Shown here: positions 25,001-35,010 of the stretch, piece after piece | How positions within the stretch are numbered: position 1 is the first letter of the stretch | How the letters are laid out: the number at the start of each line of letters is the position of its first letter | NCBI RefSeq assembly: GCF_037042905.1 | Contig: NC_087246.1 | Span: 25,048,001-25,112,000, forward strand | DNA from: Lytechinus pictus | Lineage: Eukaryota | Direction: 5' to 3' | Length of the DNA stretch: 64,000 nucleotides | Translations under genes and position numbers: made by a program | The notes under the pieces: model-generated | What the model saw: the letters and a program-made list of their open reading frames with translations, nothing else | Databases searched by the model: none | Told to the model about the DNA's origin: nothing

Positions 25001-28000
25001 CTTTTCAAAACGGCCTATTAACATCCAAAATAAGTTACCTTATTTATTAATTATAACTAAAAAATCATTTATTTTCTTTTTCTACGGGATGAGGTAAATA
25101 TCAGAAAATAAATCATCAAACAAAGCTCCATCTATTTTACAAGGCCGGCGGCAGGCTCACGCACGAACGCATTGGCGCATGTAGCCAGTCGGAGCTCTGT
25201 CTCTCTGCCAGAGCTCTGGGGGACAATTCGCTCAGTAAAGGCCTCAATGATGGTGATTTTCTGTTTCAGACATAGTTTACATTTCAGGTATATTATTCAA
25301 AACTGCCAATAAAGTTTGATGATTTCTTCATTGTCATGTATATTTAAGTTCTTAATGAATACATTCTCACCGAATTTAGACTCCCCCATAGAGAAATGCA
25401 ATTTTCGTGGAGATCTGCGTTTTCAAAGAACTTCAGAAAAAGTTAGGGTATGTGGGCCTTTATTAGATGTACATGGCCGAGTACAGGGTATTGTACTGGA
25501 ATAGACGGAGTAGAAATTAGATATTGAATTAATTTATATCCAAGTCCAACTCACAGTCACACACACACGCACAGTGCCACACACCCACACACACCCACAT
25601 CCAAGATTCTAAGCATGAAAAAATAACTTTAAAAATCATACAATATTTAACAAAAAGTAATAATTCATTAATAAGTGAACAGGTATTCCTGAAAATACAA
25701 AAAAGTAGCATCTAAAAAGAGCCCCCGAAATGCAAAATTAGCCCCAAAATTTGACCAAAAAATAAAAAAATGGAGCCCCCGAAAAAAAAAAATTGTCAGT
25801 GACTTAACTTTTAGCCAAAGTCAAAACCTCACTCAAACAGGTTTTACAATCTAATTACAATACATTGTAAAACAATTATAAATATTGCATATTCGATTGT
25901 TTCCTTCCTTTGGTTGTTGATTGTAACTTAGTACATATATTTCCTCTAATTGGACAAAAAGCTCCCCTTGTATGTTGAAGAAGAGCTTTTTGCAGTGCTC
26001 CTCTACCGCTCTCCTTAAAAGTTCTAGGAGAGCTTTTTATTGCTCCCCTCACAATTATAAAACTGAGTCCCTGCAAAATGTTGCGTAATTTCGGAACCAC
26101 GTACCCGAGCGTCGCAAATTTGGTCTCAAAAGTTGCGCAAGACTTGAAAGAAAAAAGTCATGGAACGGCGCGGCGCCAGCTTTTCGCGTAACAGATTTAT
26201 CGCGAAAAATGTCGAGGGGGGGGCTGAATCAGCCCCCCCCCCCCCCCAGTCTTTTTAGGGTTAAGTGGTAACCCTGGGTCGATGAAAGTTATTACTATTG
26301 TTATTAAGTCTACATTATTTGAATCAATTTTATTGGAAGAATGAAGGTGTGACGAAAATCCGTCACAGAATACTGTACTGTAGCATAATTTTTCAATACG
26401 GTATTTGATTTTGTGACAGGTGTGAACATATTCCTTGTATATCATGCTGTATTAATTCCAAACTTTGCCTAATTTAAAGGTTTATGATTACTAAGTATAT
26501 CTTTTTTATAGAAGGTTGGATGGAATAATGTATTAGATGATACATTGAATGTCCTGTTAAAGGGCAAGTCCACCCCAATAAGAATAAACAAAGCGATTTT
26601 GATGGAATTTTCAGCATTATATTTGTTCGATTTTCCATTTTTTATTCAAATCAACTTTGTTATTTGGGTGGACTAGCCCTTTAGATGATGATTAACTTTT
26701 TGAATAAAGGCAATTCATGGAATTTCATTTAAATCACATGGCATGGAGGTGCCTATCACATGGGATGTCACAAAAAAACAGCTTTTGTTAATTTTGCACA
26801 AGGCAACCTTCCATACATTCAGCAATGTCTTGGTGTTCCGATCAGTCTACCAAAATCATCATCTTCAAAATCTTGATGGCCCAAAAAGCAAAATTGGTGA
26901 CCCCAGGAAATAGCAATCATTGAAATTTTGTTGAAACTTTGGTGGCCTGATCGGGAAACTATGTGTGGGCTCTTTCAGAATTCTGGTGGCCCGACTCTCA
27001 TTTTTGGTGGCCTCAGGCCACTGGACCACTGCTAATGTCGATCCATGCATTCAGTTATGGCCAGATTTGAATAGAATTCTGTCCAAAAGCTGATGTAGGA
27101 GAAGTTACTGATATCACAATTGATCACCTATTGATGAAATATTAACTCGTGAAGGCCTTGATGAAAAATATTTCTTTGATTTTTTTTTTTTTTTTTCAGG
27201 AGTCCAAATCTCGTATCATCCATGCTAGACCGATTCATCACGTAGGAGTACCATTCAAACCTCAGACCTCCCATAAGACCACAGACACTCAACCATTCTC
27301 CTTTGAACAGCGTGATAAAGAGATCCAAGCTCGTAAAGAAGCTAAGATACAAGAGATTTACCAAGAAGAGGAGAAGGTATACATCAAACCAGATCAATAC
27401 TTCTTGTCTTCCATATCTTGTGATAGGTCAATGTCTTCCTTCATGGACCAGACTAGTCATGAGATACCATCTAGTATTGACATTTTTATAGCAAAGTTCA
27501 GACAGAGCATCTTTTTATCTTTTTAACCTAAAAGGGATTGCATTACATTGATGGCAATGGGGATGAATTTTCCAATGTCTAAATACCCCCCCCCCCCCCA
27601 GTTAGCCTAGTGAAATTTGTTTTTGTCAATTAAGATATTTTGATGGAGATTATATTTCCTGTGCGTGGTGCTTAATTGGGAAAAAAAATTGAGGGTTTTA
27701 TCTATGAAACCATCCCATTTATTTTTCAACAGGCCTGTCTCGTTCAAAGTTTACCCATCCAATTCATTCTCTTGACAGGCCCGTCTATTCACGTCTAAAC
27801 CATCCTGTTTCATTCTTTGAAAGGCCCTTCTATTCAAAGCTAACAATCCCAATTCATTCTTTGACACAGGCCCGTCTATTCAAAGCCAAACCGATCCTTG
27901 AACCGGTATCTGTACCTGAGAAGAAGGTCAAACCCGTCACCAAACCTGAACCATTTCATCTCAGTAATGAAGAGCAGGGAGCTAAGAGAGCAGAGATGTG

Positions 28001-30454
28001 GAGTAAGAAGGTGAGTATCTAGCGACAACACTCAATTTTATTACTATTCAATTTTGTCAGAACCTGTGCACCAAAGAAACTCTAAACTGAATTCGATCCC
28101 ATAAATTTGCACTGTTTATATTCATATCTTCATAAGAAACCTTTTCAGACCTTGTATGAACAAAATCACATGACAAAGGACGAAGTTGTAAACAAATATG
28201 ACAGCCTACTACACCAAACATGGTGATATTGTATTGTTATAAAGGCCAACGAATTCAATAAATATCAAGGAAATTCTTAAATAAAACCCTCGCTATTAAT
28301 TGATACTAAATGGCAGAAGTATCGGTTGGCATGTACTCCAGTCGGCCCTCACGTTAGCCCAAGGTGACCTGCAGTTGCACTGGTTGCATACTCCACCTGC
28401 CTTTCTGTAACAAAATTCCCTTATTACCAACAGTTCTAAAGAAATAGAAAATAAACTGCCTTCCCCTCCTGAGACTTTGTGTGAGGACTGATATTTAGTT
28501 ACTAATTAATTTAAAACAAGTACTGACAAGAATATTGTTTTCTTTCCTTGTCTATAGATTGAGGAGGAACTAAAAGAACAAAGAGGAATGGCCACTGCAT
28601 TCAAAGCTAAACCAGCCGATGTGGTCTACAACGAACCTTTCGTACCTCAGAAATCCAACAAACCTCTAATAGGTAAGATACGCAGGGGTATCTCAAAGTT
28701 TCTGACCCCAAAACCATCTGACCGATAATAATTTCCCCACCGACAAAGATGATGATTTGTAAAATAATATACAACCAATTAGTTTTGTCCATGAACCCCC
28801 GTGGCGAAATGTCTGTCAATTTCCCAACCGCCACAAACACAATCTTGGTGACAGCCCTGTGTGTAGCCATACCTAGGCAGACCTCCCATCATCACAGACC
28901 ATTGCACCACATTATACAATGTGTAAATCAGTGTCTTCTGAGTCTCTACTGATCTGTTGCATGTAATGTGTCAACAAACTGTCCGTAAAATAAATCACTT
29001 CTTTACAAAGCAAACTTTTGCCTGTTAAAGAAATTGATATTTGAAAGAAATAACAATTGGAATTAGAGGGATTGTTGGTTTCTGTACACGTAACTATTGA
29101 CCTGTGAACGTTACATGGCGCCATTGGTGAGAAGACGGTGATACAAAATAGAATGTCTGTTTACTTCATGATCATCTTCACTTACCGCAGATCTTTGACT
29201 TTCATAGCATTGTATCCTTGTAAGCCTTTACTCATTTTGAGATATTTAGTAAGATAAATCATATTATCATCTATATAGTGTTCTAGCGATGCTTTAAAAA
29301 CGCTTATTTTGGTCTGCATCAATTGCCCGTGCAGTATCAGAGCGTATCCCTAAAAAGGACCAAAATCCGACGAATATCCCATAGGCTCCTGTACAAAATT
29401 TGCGATTGAATATGAGTTTAGGGCGCGGGCGCGAATGCGTGAAATATACAACGCGTACAACAATGAAGCAATGCGATGCGCAGCATAGAGCACAACTACG
29501 TTCCATGACGTCATAATGAACTACATGCAAGTCGCGTGTAAACGACCAAATTTGATCCTATGAAGTGATAATGTGATAAGTGATATGACTTGTTAAATCA
29601 AATTCCTCCCTCTTTTTTTTTGGGGGGGGGGTGGGATAGATGATAATAATTATATTGGATGGCGTTATTTCATGAAATACCAGAAATATTCCACTCGTTA
29701 GGGCCAATATTCCACTCACCTGCGATTTGTGGAATATTTTCCCAAACTCTTTGAATATTTCTTGTATTCCATTCTGAGCCATCCAATATAATATAAGTAT
29801 CTCAAAGGTTGGACCACCTTTTTCAGATGTGAAGATGAATTGCATCATATGGCTGTGATTCTGATAGATATTTGTTTGCATCTATTCAGTAATTTTTAGC
29901 TATTTGTTCTATTTTCCTTGGCAGGAGAGAATTTCAAATTATGCAAATTTTTCTGACTTCAGTCTTTTGAAATAAATTTGGAGATTATGAAATAATAGTT
30001 ATGAGAGTAGTAATAATAGCTGGATTTATATAGCGCTTTGTCCAAATGATACAAAGTGCAACTAATGCTTGAGCTGTGGCTTCTTAGCAGCACTCGGTAC
30101 ATTCAAAGACAAAATCCTGCCAGGTAATTTCTTGCTTTGGCGTTACATATATCTCAATCTTTGATTGTAACAGAGATTAACCCTTTCAACCTGAACACCG
30201 ACCGACGCGCTGTGGAACGGGAGGAATTCGAGGAGTGGAAGCTGAAGAAAGAACTCCAGGATCGAGAGAGTCGTTATCAGCAGGAGAAGCTCAAGGAAGA
30301 GGAGGAGAGGAAGGAGGTAGAGAGAATGAGACGAGAAGACTTGGTATATAGAGCCAAGCCTATCAAGCATTACAAACCGGTCCATGTCATGCCTAGTCTG
30401 AAACCACTTACCGATGCTTGCAGTCCCAACTTTTCTGATAGGTTCCAGAAGTAA
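7021..30454 (+). CDS. TPX2: Targeting protein for Xklp2 (TPX2), 14 coding exons, about 962 aa: 7021-7126, 8749-8874, 9929-10492, 10798-10945, 11429-11704, 11963-12251, 12899-13082, 13453-13597, 14257-14491, 23240-23341, 27200-27376, 27870-28010, 28558-28672, 30174-30454
   Basis: All introns are GT-AG with consistent phases, and the exons sum to 2889 nt. The protein has an N-terminal Aurora-A-binding motif (YEYNAPRFVDF..DKADEFF), a TVPKPFKL..RKRK..FHNKTPQRFH microtubule/importin region, repeated FKAKP/FHARP motifs, and a C-terminal TPX2 domain (PFNLNTDRRAVEREEF..LVYRAKPI..KPLT..SPNFSDRF). Confidence 0.95.
7205..7689. mobile_element. MITE in TPX2 intron 1
   Basis: 14-bp perfect inverted repeat CCCAAGTCTGCGCA (7205-7218) / TGCGCAGACTTGGG (7676-7689). 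The exact outer ends are uncertain. Confidence 0.5.
8020..8413. mobile_element. Foldback MITE with long inverted arms
   Basis: Arm AAATTACGCTTATTTACCGCGTATATTTAAAAAGGTCCAATG pairs with CATTGGACCTTTTTTAATATACGTGGTAAATAAGCGTAATTT. Inner ATGCTATTTTATTCATGAGTCCACTG pairs with CAGTGGACTCATGAATAAAATAGCAT. Confidence 0.75.
9006..9583. mobile_element. Kolobok-like non-autonomous DNA transposon
   Basis: TTAA|AGGGGAATCCA ... TGGATTCCCCT|TTAA: an 11-bp perfect TIR with a TTAA TSD and AG..CT termini. Confidence 0.8.
12653..12795. mobile_element. Short GGCCC-terminated MITE (PIF/Harbinger-like)
   Basis: Inverted arms GGCCCGTTTCATAAAACTTATTATAATAGCAAAT / ATTTGTTATTATAACAAGTCTATATGAAACAGGGCCC. Confidence 0.6.
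13968..14151. mobile_element. Deleted Kolobok-like MITE
   Basis: AGGGGAAGTTCACC ... GGTGAACTTCACCT|TTAA. A related right end (CAGGGTGAACTTCTCCTTAA) occurs at about 34878-34898. Confidence 0.55.
14575..14830 (+). mobile_element. Degenerate tRNA-derived SINE
   Basis: A-box-like TGGTCAAGTGG, B-box-like GGTTCAAACC and internal AATGGGTACC are shared with the SINE at 48431-48782. Confidence 0.5.
15598..15734. repeat. Near-perfect palindrome (hairpin MITE-like)
   Basis: CTCGAGCGATGTTCGTGCAGGCTCCACTCAACTTCACT..GCTACA pairs with TGTAGC..AGTGAAGTGGAGTGGAGCCTGCACGAACATCGCTCGAG. The left arm also occurs alone at 7707-7766. Confidence 0.8.
16017..16188 (+). repeat. 5' LTR
   Basis: TGTAATGAGA...TCACAACA, identical by eye to 21761-21932; AATAAA at 16101. 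Confidence 0.95.
16189..16202 (+). other. Primer binding site (tRNA-Leu-like)
   Basis: TGGTGGCAGCGGTG lies directly after the 5' LTR and is complementary to the ..CACCGCTGCCACCA 3' end of metazoan tRNA-Leu(AAG/TAG) as recalled. Confidence 0.8.
17221..21252 (+). CDS. Gag-Pol polyprotein (Gag zinc knuckles, protease, RT, RNase H, integrase), 1343 aa
   Basis: CQNCGRSH....C and CRGCGGQNH....C knuckles; KVDTGAQ protease; RLPFGL..LADDV RT; VDAS..EREMLA..DHKPL RNase H; HDAH..CPIC and D..DNG..E integrase. The PR-RT-RH-IN order is the Gypsy arrangement. Confidence 0.97.
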   Translation: MGEMTGIIPPCMDWKSQDPPSSFQNFRQYCEVIFKGPLSKKSDEEKCNYTLLWLGQEGIQVYKSWAKEFKTPDEIFEAFSKHFEPKSNFRVSRFNLQKFRQDQHETVDDFVARCKLQARKCKFTDAEMEERLIEQLIIGTKHVKVQERLLGKDETLKMDAALDTARTHEATESHMSMMKAVGNPKMNMDAVRKKTHTESKWQKKCQNCGRSHPSKQCPAYGTQCRGCGGQNHWQKCCRKSSHGKKTTSGKSYQKKQQGEKYEMGPKKYQGRHSSKQVHEMQEDDYPEDEIEVCRFETITIDYIEKDEAFADIDIMLKPKKPAVLKVKVDTGAQGNLLPLRLYKLMYTDRVGKDGRPLPGMLKKSRTIVTGYGQKVIPLLGIHTITCMRGNKKIDARFYVVNADGPALGGLPLSLKLGLVKMNCEVKESSDCTITDKEQLRKLYPDRFEGIGQFSGEYHIVIDKDVQPVIHPARRCPIHIKDEIKQELDEMEKLDVIEPVFDPTDWVSSLVYAQKPNGRWRVCLDPKDLNKAIKRAHTTIPNLEEIKHKFAGAQVFSTLDAKHGYWSIKLDDESSTLTTFNSPFGRYKFKRLPFGLSVSQDIFQQKMDQILEKCPGVIGLADDVAVIGANSEEHDQNLHHLMQVAREHGLVFNIEKCRIKKDQIRFFGLIFDKDGVHPDPRKTAAIDAIKAPASTKQLQEFLGIVTYMSPFIPNLATQTAPLRELMKKDAIFAWTASHQQAFESIKKLISDEVTLAYFNPEEDVVIEVDASSRGLGAALTQKGRPIAFASKSLTDTERRYANIEREMLAVIFACEKFHTFVYGKPFKILSDHKPLEMIHLKNLGAAPPRLQRMLLRLQGYDVVIKYKPGREMLLSDAMSRLNPLPGPTIETPVRINHVMFSEEKIQQVRNATAQDDELCALRDVILQGWPGDRRDVAQPLRKYWAYRDELSIEDGVLLKGSRVFIPKAITQEFLDKLHDAHQGVIKSQLLAKNSIYWHGINSHIEERVKSCPICQEYGKSQTPEPLHPHDIPTRPWQVIATDLFHLDGKEYLLVADVYSKFPIVKKLQHTTSANIISLIKEIFSEQGTPEKLLSDNGPQYSSAQFKTFAEEWRFTHITSSPRYPQSNGYIERQVKTIKTTMMKAKQAKQDINKALQYLRATPIDHHLPSPAEILLGRKIQSDLPTRIRNHDPNRDAIKERLQARQDQQKTYYDRNTRSLPPLHQGQQVRVQNQESGKWEKGTILNKRPEPKSYEVRTPSGQTLRRTRRHIRETGEKHETQHETEQVIPQPDHDSTDASSDTLNSQKFSDKQTQDTHVRKNGRQSQNTYITRSGRHVHRPERFDP
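21748..21760 (+). other. Polypurine tract
   Basis: AAAAGAAGGGAGA abuts the 3' LTR. Confidence 0.85.
21761..21932 (+). repeat. 3' LTR
   Basis: Identical to 16017-16188 and followed by TSD AAAGT. Confidence 0.95.
23521..23916. mobile_element. Kolobok-like MITE
   Basis: TTAA|AGCTAAATGACAGT ... ACTGGAATTTATCT|TTAA: an imperfect TIR with TTAA flanks. Confidence 0.6.
23921..26260. mobile_element. piggyBac-like non-autonomous element, interrupted by 24496-26073
   Basis: TTAA|CCCTAAATAGACTGGG ... CCCAGTCTTTTTAGGG|TTAA (15/16 TIR). Subterminal GGGGGCTGA(T/A)TCAGCCCCC palindromes lie near both ends. Confidence 0.85.
24496..26073. mobile_element. CAGGG-terminated (hAT-like) non-autonomous element with an apparent 6-bp TSD
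   Basis: CAGGGACTCGATTTTA ... TAAAACTGAGTCCCTG. CAAAAT lies on both sides (24490-24495 and 26074-26079). Confidence 0.75.
26561..26680. mobile_element. Short Kolobok-like MITE
   Basis: TTAA|AGGGCAAGTCCACCC ... GGGTGGACTAGCCCT|TTAG. A related left end starts at about 63793 and runs off the window. Confidence 0.6.
27711..27892 (+). repeat. Four tandem ~46-bp copies spanning the TPX2 intron 11 / exon 12 junction
   Basis: Unit (C/A)ATCC..TTCATTCT(C)TTGACAG|GCCCGTCTATTCAAAGC.AAAC, with the AG ending at 27732, 27778, 27823 and 27869. Confidence 0.85.
29651..29790. mobile_element. Small MITE
   Basis: 13-bp perfect TIR TATATTGGATGGC / GCCATCCAATATA, with internal AATATTCCACTC repeats. Confidence 0.55.
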
Positions 30455-33400
30455 ACTCTTAAGATTTGGTCCGCAAGGCCATAACCAGCGGGACTATTAA
30501 GACTATACCATGTTGTACCGAGTTGAAACCTCTTGCTAATGCATGTTGTCCAACTTCTCTGATAGATTCCAAAAGAAGATGAGGATTTGTTAAGACGTCA
30601 AATCACCTGACTGAAACCAATCAATGCCATATATATAGTAGAAGCCTTATTGACAATCTAGACTTCTGTCCTGAGGTATCAGTAGATTAGTGACTCTCTA
30701 CCCTAGATTTTAACAAATCAGATTTTTTCAAACAAAGGGTTGTGCAGTATTTCATCAAGCTACTCATAATAAGATACATGTATGCGCAACTGGGCCGTGT
30801 AGTACAACGCATATTGATCATCGGAAAACATTTTTTATGATTGATTGCATTGGCCACAATGTACAATCAATCATGAAAATCAAGCGTACGATCAATCGGT
30901 AACCTTTGTGTTACAGGACCCAGGTGACCCCTTTTTGGGATGCCATAATATCGGATTCTCAGTGATTTTAATTTCCATCAGTTGAAATCTGACCTTTTTA
31001 GAATAAAATTATCTTTGTTGACGAGCATCTGATGGAACAAATTATTATATAAAAGATTTGATGAGGGCGAGAGGAAATCCACTCGCATTAAAACAGGGAA
31101 ACCTTGGGGTACTTCAGCTGGCATGAGAGAGGATCACCAGTCGTGTATAAACTTGTGCGTAACAGTAACTCAACCACTTTACAATCTATATTGGCTTGAG
31201 ATAAGTTTCATAATTTGTGTGTATGTCTCGTGTCCTTTCCCCACGTCTACAAGATATAACCGTAGTAATGAATCTCTGGACTGATATTCATTTAGCTTCA
31301 GTATATTATGCATATTGTTTTTTCCATCCTAGATAATGTGAACGAAGGTAGCAGTTTTATTTTCATAATTTACGAGGAATAACTGCTGCAAAATGAATGT
31401 ACAGCAGGTATAGAATATTGGTTATGGAATTTAATAAAAATGTCTCTAGTATATCATATGATAAACTGATGTATCACTAATGTGAATTTGAACCATTTAT
31501 AAAGTGTAAATAGTGATATTGGTGACTTTGAAGATGAAAGATTTTGAAGAAATCAGGCGACGATGTGTGGTTTCTCCAAAAGACAAGACATTCTATTATT
31601 TGTAAATATAGAGAATGGAGTGTGTGGTTGATAAAGAGGAATGTTTTTAATAGATTGCAAATTATATATAGTTTATTTGGAATGATCACAGATACCAAAT
31701 TCACAAATGACCCGAAGGCATATTTGAGAATCGGTCTTCAGATATCAGGAATTAGCTAGACCAGTCCCAACCGATAAGAACTGATGTTTGTATTACATGT
31801 TTGATAAGAAAAAGCAATTCATGCTATTGATCGGAGGGTAACTGTGCAGAGTAAGTAAGAAGAAGGTATTGATAGAAGTCAAGCACATCTGCACTTGTCA
31901 CAATTTGGAAAGGTATTCCTCTAAAGAAAGTAGTCTATTAACTTGGTTATTGTATACTGTTGCTTATCAAAATGTATGATTATTAACATTTTATTCAGAA
32001 GAAAGTGAAATTGTATTTACTATGTGTGACTGGTTTTATTTTATTGTATGATTATTGTTATTGTATGATTGTTATTATTATCATTATTATTACAATTATA
32101 TTTATTATTGTGATTATATTTTTTATTACATTATTCTTACATTGCATCCCACATGGCATTTCTTTGTACATTACAGGTAGTCATTAACCAAAAGAACAAA
32201 AAATGAAAATAAAAAAATAAAAACACCTGTAGCATACTAGTAAACCAATATTGGGACCATGATTGAAATGAAAATCACTTTGATTAAGAGTATATATTAG
32301 ATACAAATTTGACTGACCATTTTACTCCTTTCTGCTGAGTGCTTAAATTTAGTACTCCACATGAATATTCATGAACTACTGGGTGAGTATCTAATCTAAT
32401 CAGAATGAACTTGACACCAGCAAGGATGTGAATATAGAGTATATTAGACTAGGTATTTTAATTTTCATATGATTAGCAGTGAATAAAAACTAAACCTGAT
32501 TAATATATTCATATGATTATTATTAATTACTCCAAATTCTTCCACCACAGATGTATGTACTTTAAATGTCATGAAATGTGCCTGTGAAAACGAGCTAAAT
32601 CACTTGCACTTGTGGTTCATTCAATTGGAACTTTGCAATCTAGTTTGTTATTTTGATTGTCACATGTTCAATTTTCACTCTTTATCATGCATTTTCAGGG
32701 AATTGGTGAGTTGTAAATATGCCCCTTGCCCCCTGTTTGTTATTTCTAGCCTTTACCTGCATAGTAAGAAGTAGTCAGCCTTTTTTTCCAAACAAAAAGA
32801 ACAAGTTGATGTAAATAACAGTTTATCACAAATGCATAAAGGGTATGGTGTGGAAATGTGGAATTTTGTATATTAATGAGGAAATAGAGAAATGTTTTGT
32901 AAAGGCTTGTACTAATACATTTATTTTGAAACCGTTGTACAAAACATTTATATAACAAGTATTTCATCTGAATTTTTAACTGGTTGTGATTGCAATTACC
33001 AAGATTATTACTGTGTACAGAATAATTGCAACATTTCATAATCCCAGTTTATGAAAGTGGAGATTGGTTAGTTGTATTATTTTGTTTTCTTTATTGATTT
33101 GCTGTGTTAAGGAGATTTTTAAATGATGATAACTGCACATAATAAAAAAATTCCATCATGTAAATTCACATCGTCACAACTGAATGCATATCAAGATGTC
33201 AACTTATCGTATATAGACACCTATTGTAAAATATATGATATGCTTTTTTTGCACATTAATAGCAAAACTTCTGACAAGTTCATGTAATATTCATGTATTT
33301 ATGCAATTTTTTAAAAATAATCTTTCGGAACATTTTTAAATAACATTTTAACTGGGTAAAATACATGAATTGATTAATATAACTCTACAATGATGGAGAG

Positions 33401-35010
33401 AGAAAAGGTGAGATTAAACATAACAATATGATAACAAGGCTCATAAAGTGCCTGTAGTGTACGAACAAGAAGTTGACTAAAATAATTAAAACTGATCTTT
33501 TCATGTATAAAACAGATGATTTCATGTGCGTCTGAATTTGATAGTGGAATAATGTACAGTAGAATCTGCCAAGTCGAATCTCTTCTGACCACAGCATTCT
33601 GTTTGATTTACTGTTTTTTTTCTTTTTTTCTGGTATATAATAATGCTTATGGGAGCTCAACTTAATGCAGACTCTATTGTATACAGTTGTTGAATAATGG
33701 AATTGATAGCAGATGCATGTACTTTTACATAAGTTTTTGCTACTTGGTGGACAAGTACTGGGTTTTATTGAGTAATATTCTTGTTCAGACATGATAAAAC
33801 AAAGTCAATGGGATAAAAGGCAAGATACATTTAAATATTTTGTCCACTTGGCTGAGAAGTATGGTCTACTGGGTTATCAATTTTTAACAAAAAATTATCC
33901 CAAATTAAGGTTCATCGAAACGTTTGACATAACAATACTCACTGTTTAGTAGTAACACAAGTTGGCCAATTTCATCATAGAATTTGTTTTTTTATTACAA
34001 ATTCATGCACAAACAACCGATTGGAAAACACATACTGTATTTTTATAAATATCTACAAAACGCAGCAAATTTCACTTCCTAATCCATTTGAATCATACCT
34101 TCTCATTTCACACTAATTAAAATTAAATCTTACATAGGCCTACATATGATTCATATAACTTAATAAAATAAATTAACCCCCTGCTGTAAAAAAAATTACT
34201 AAAAAAAGGGAGGAGCATGTTATTTGTAGGCAACCAGAAGGCAGTGTTGCATTAATTTAATTCGAAATTGGCAGGAATCAAGCAGGATCAGCTGGAATGA
34301 AAACAAAAATAAATTGAAACAAAATTATGGATATCCAATTCACTCAACTGGAATTCAAATAAGGTAAATTTACTTGGCGACTCATCATCACACGCTAGTT
34401 GCATTACCCGTGTGAGTAAAAAAAAATGATACCTAACAAATACCCAAATTAATGGGTTGTAAAAATAGCAGAAAAAATGTTTGAAAATATTGGTGAAGGT
34501 TTGCAGACAATCCATTAAAAGATTAAGAAAGTTATTAGAATTTGAAGTTTTGGATTTGTGACGTCATAACGAGCAGCTGCCCATATTAGTTTTTTTAGTT
34601 CGTGGTGACTTATTTTGGTTTTCATTTTAGGAAAGGCTGTGAAATGATTTGTCTATTGATGTACTGAAGGTATAGAAAAAACTATTTTCAGTTTTCTGAA
34701 AGAATAATATTTCATTATTTTTTACCATACGATATGTAGGACACCTGCTCGCATATGACGTCATAAATCAAATTATTAAAATTCTAATAATTTTTTTAAT
34801 TCTTTAATGGATTTTTCTCAAACTTTTGCCAATATTTTTTATTATTTTATCTGCTATTTTTACAATAAACTTGTTGTCAGGGTGAACTTCTCCTTAAGGA
34901 AAAAAAGTCATGAACATATGGCTGGAAAGAGTATCTTCTCCCAAATTATTTGATACCATGTTTATGTGGTATGTCTTCACGCTTGGATAATCAGTAGGTA
35001 TTCTTTGAAG

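Noticed and set aside
21941-25504. Two near-identical ~63-aa ORFs (21941-22132 and 25316-25504) as a duplicated small gene
   Set aside because: Both lie in the shared transposon module, lack splice or domain support and diverge in frame at the 3' end.
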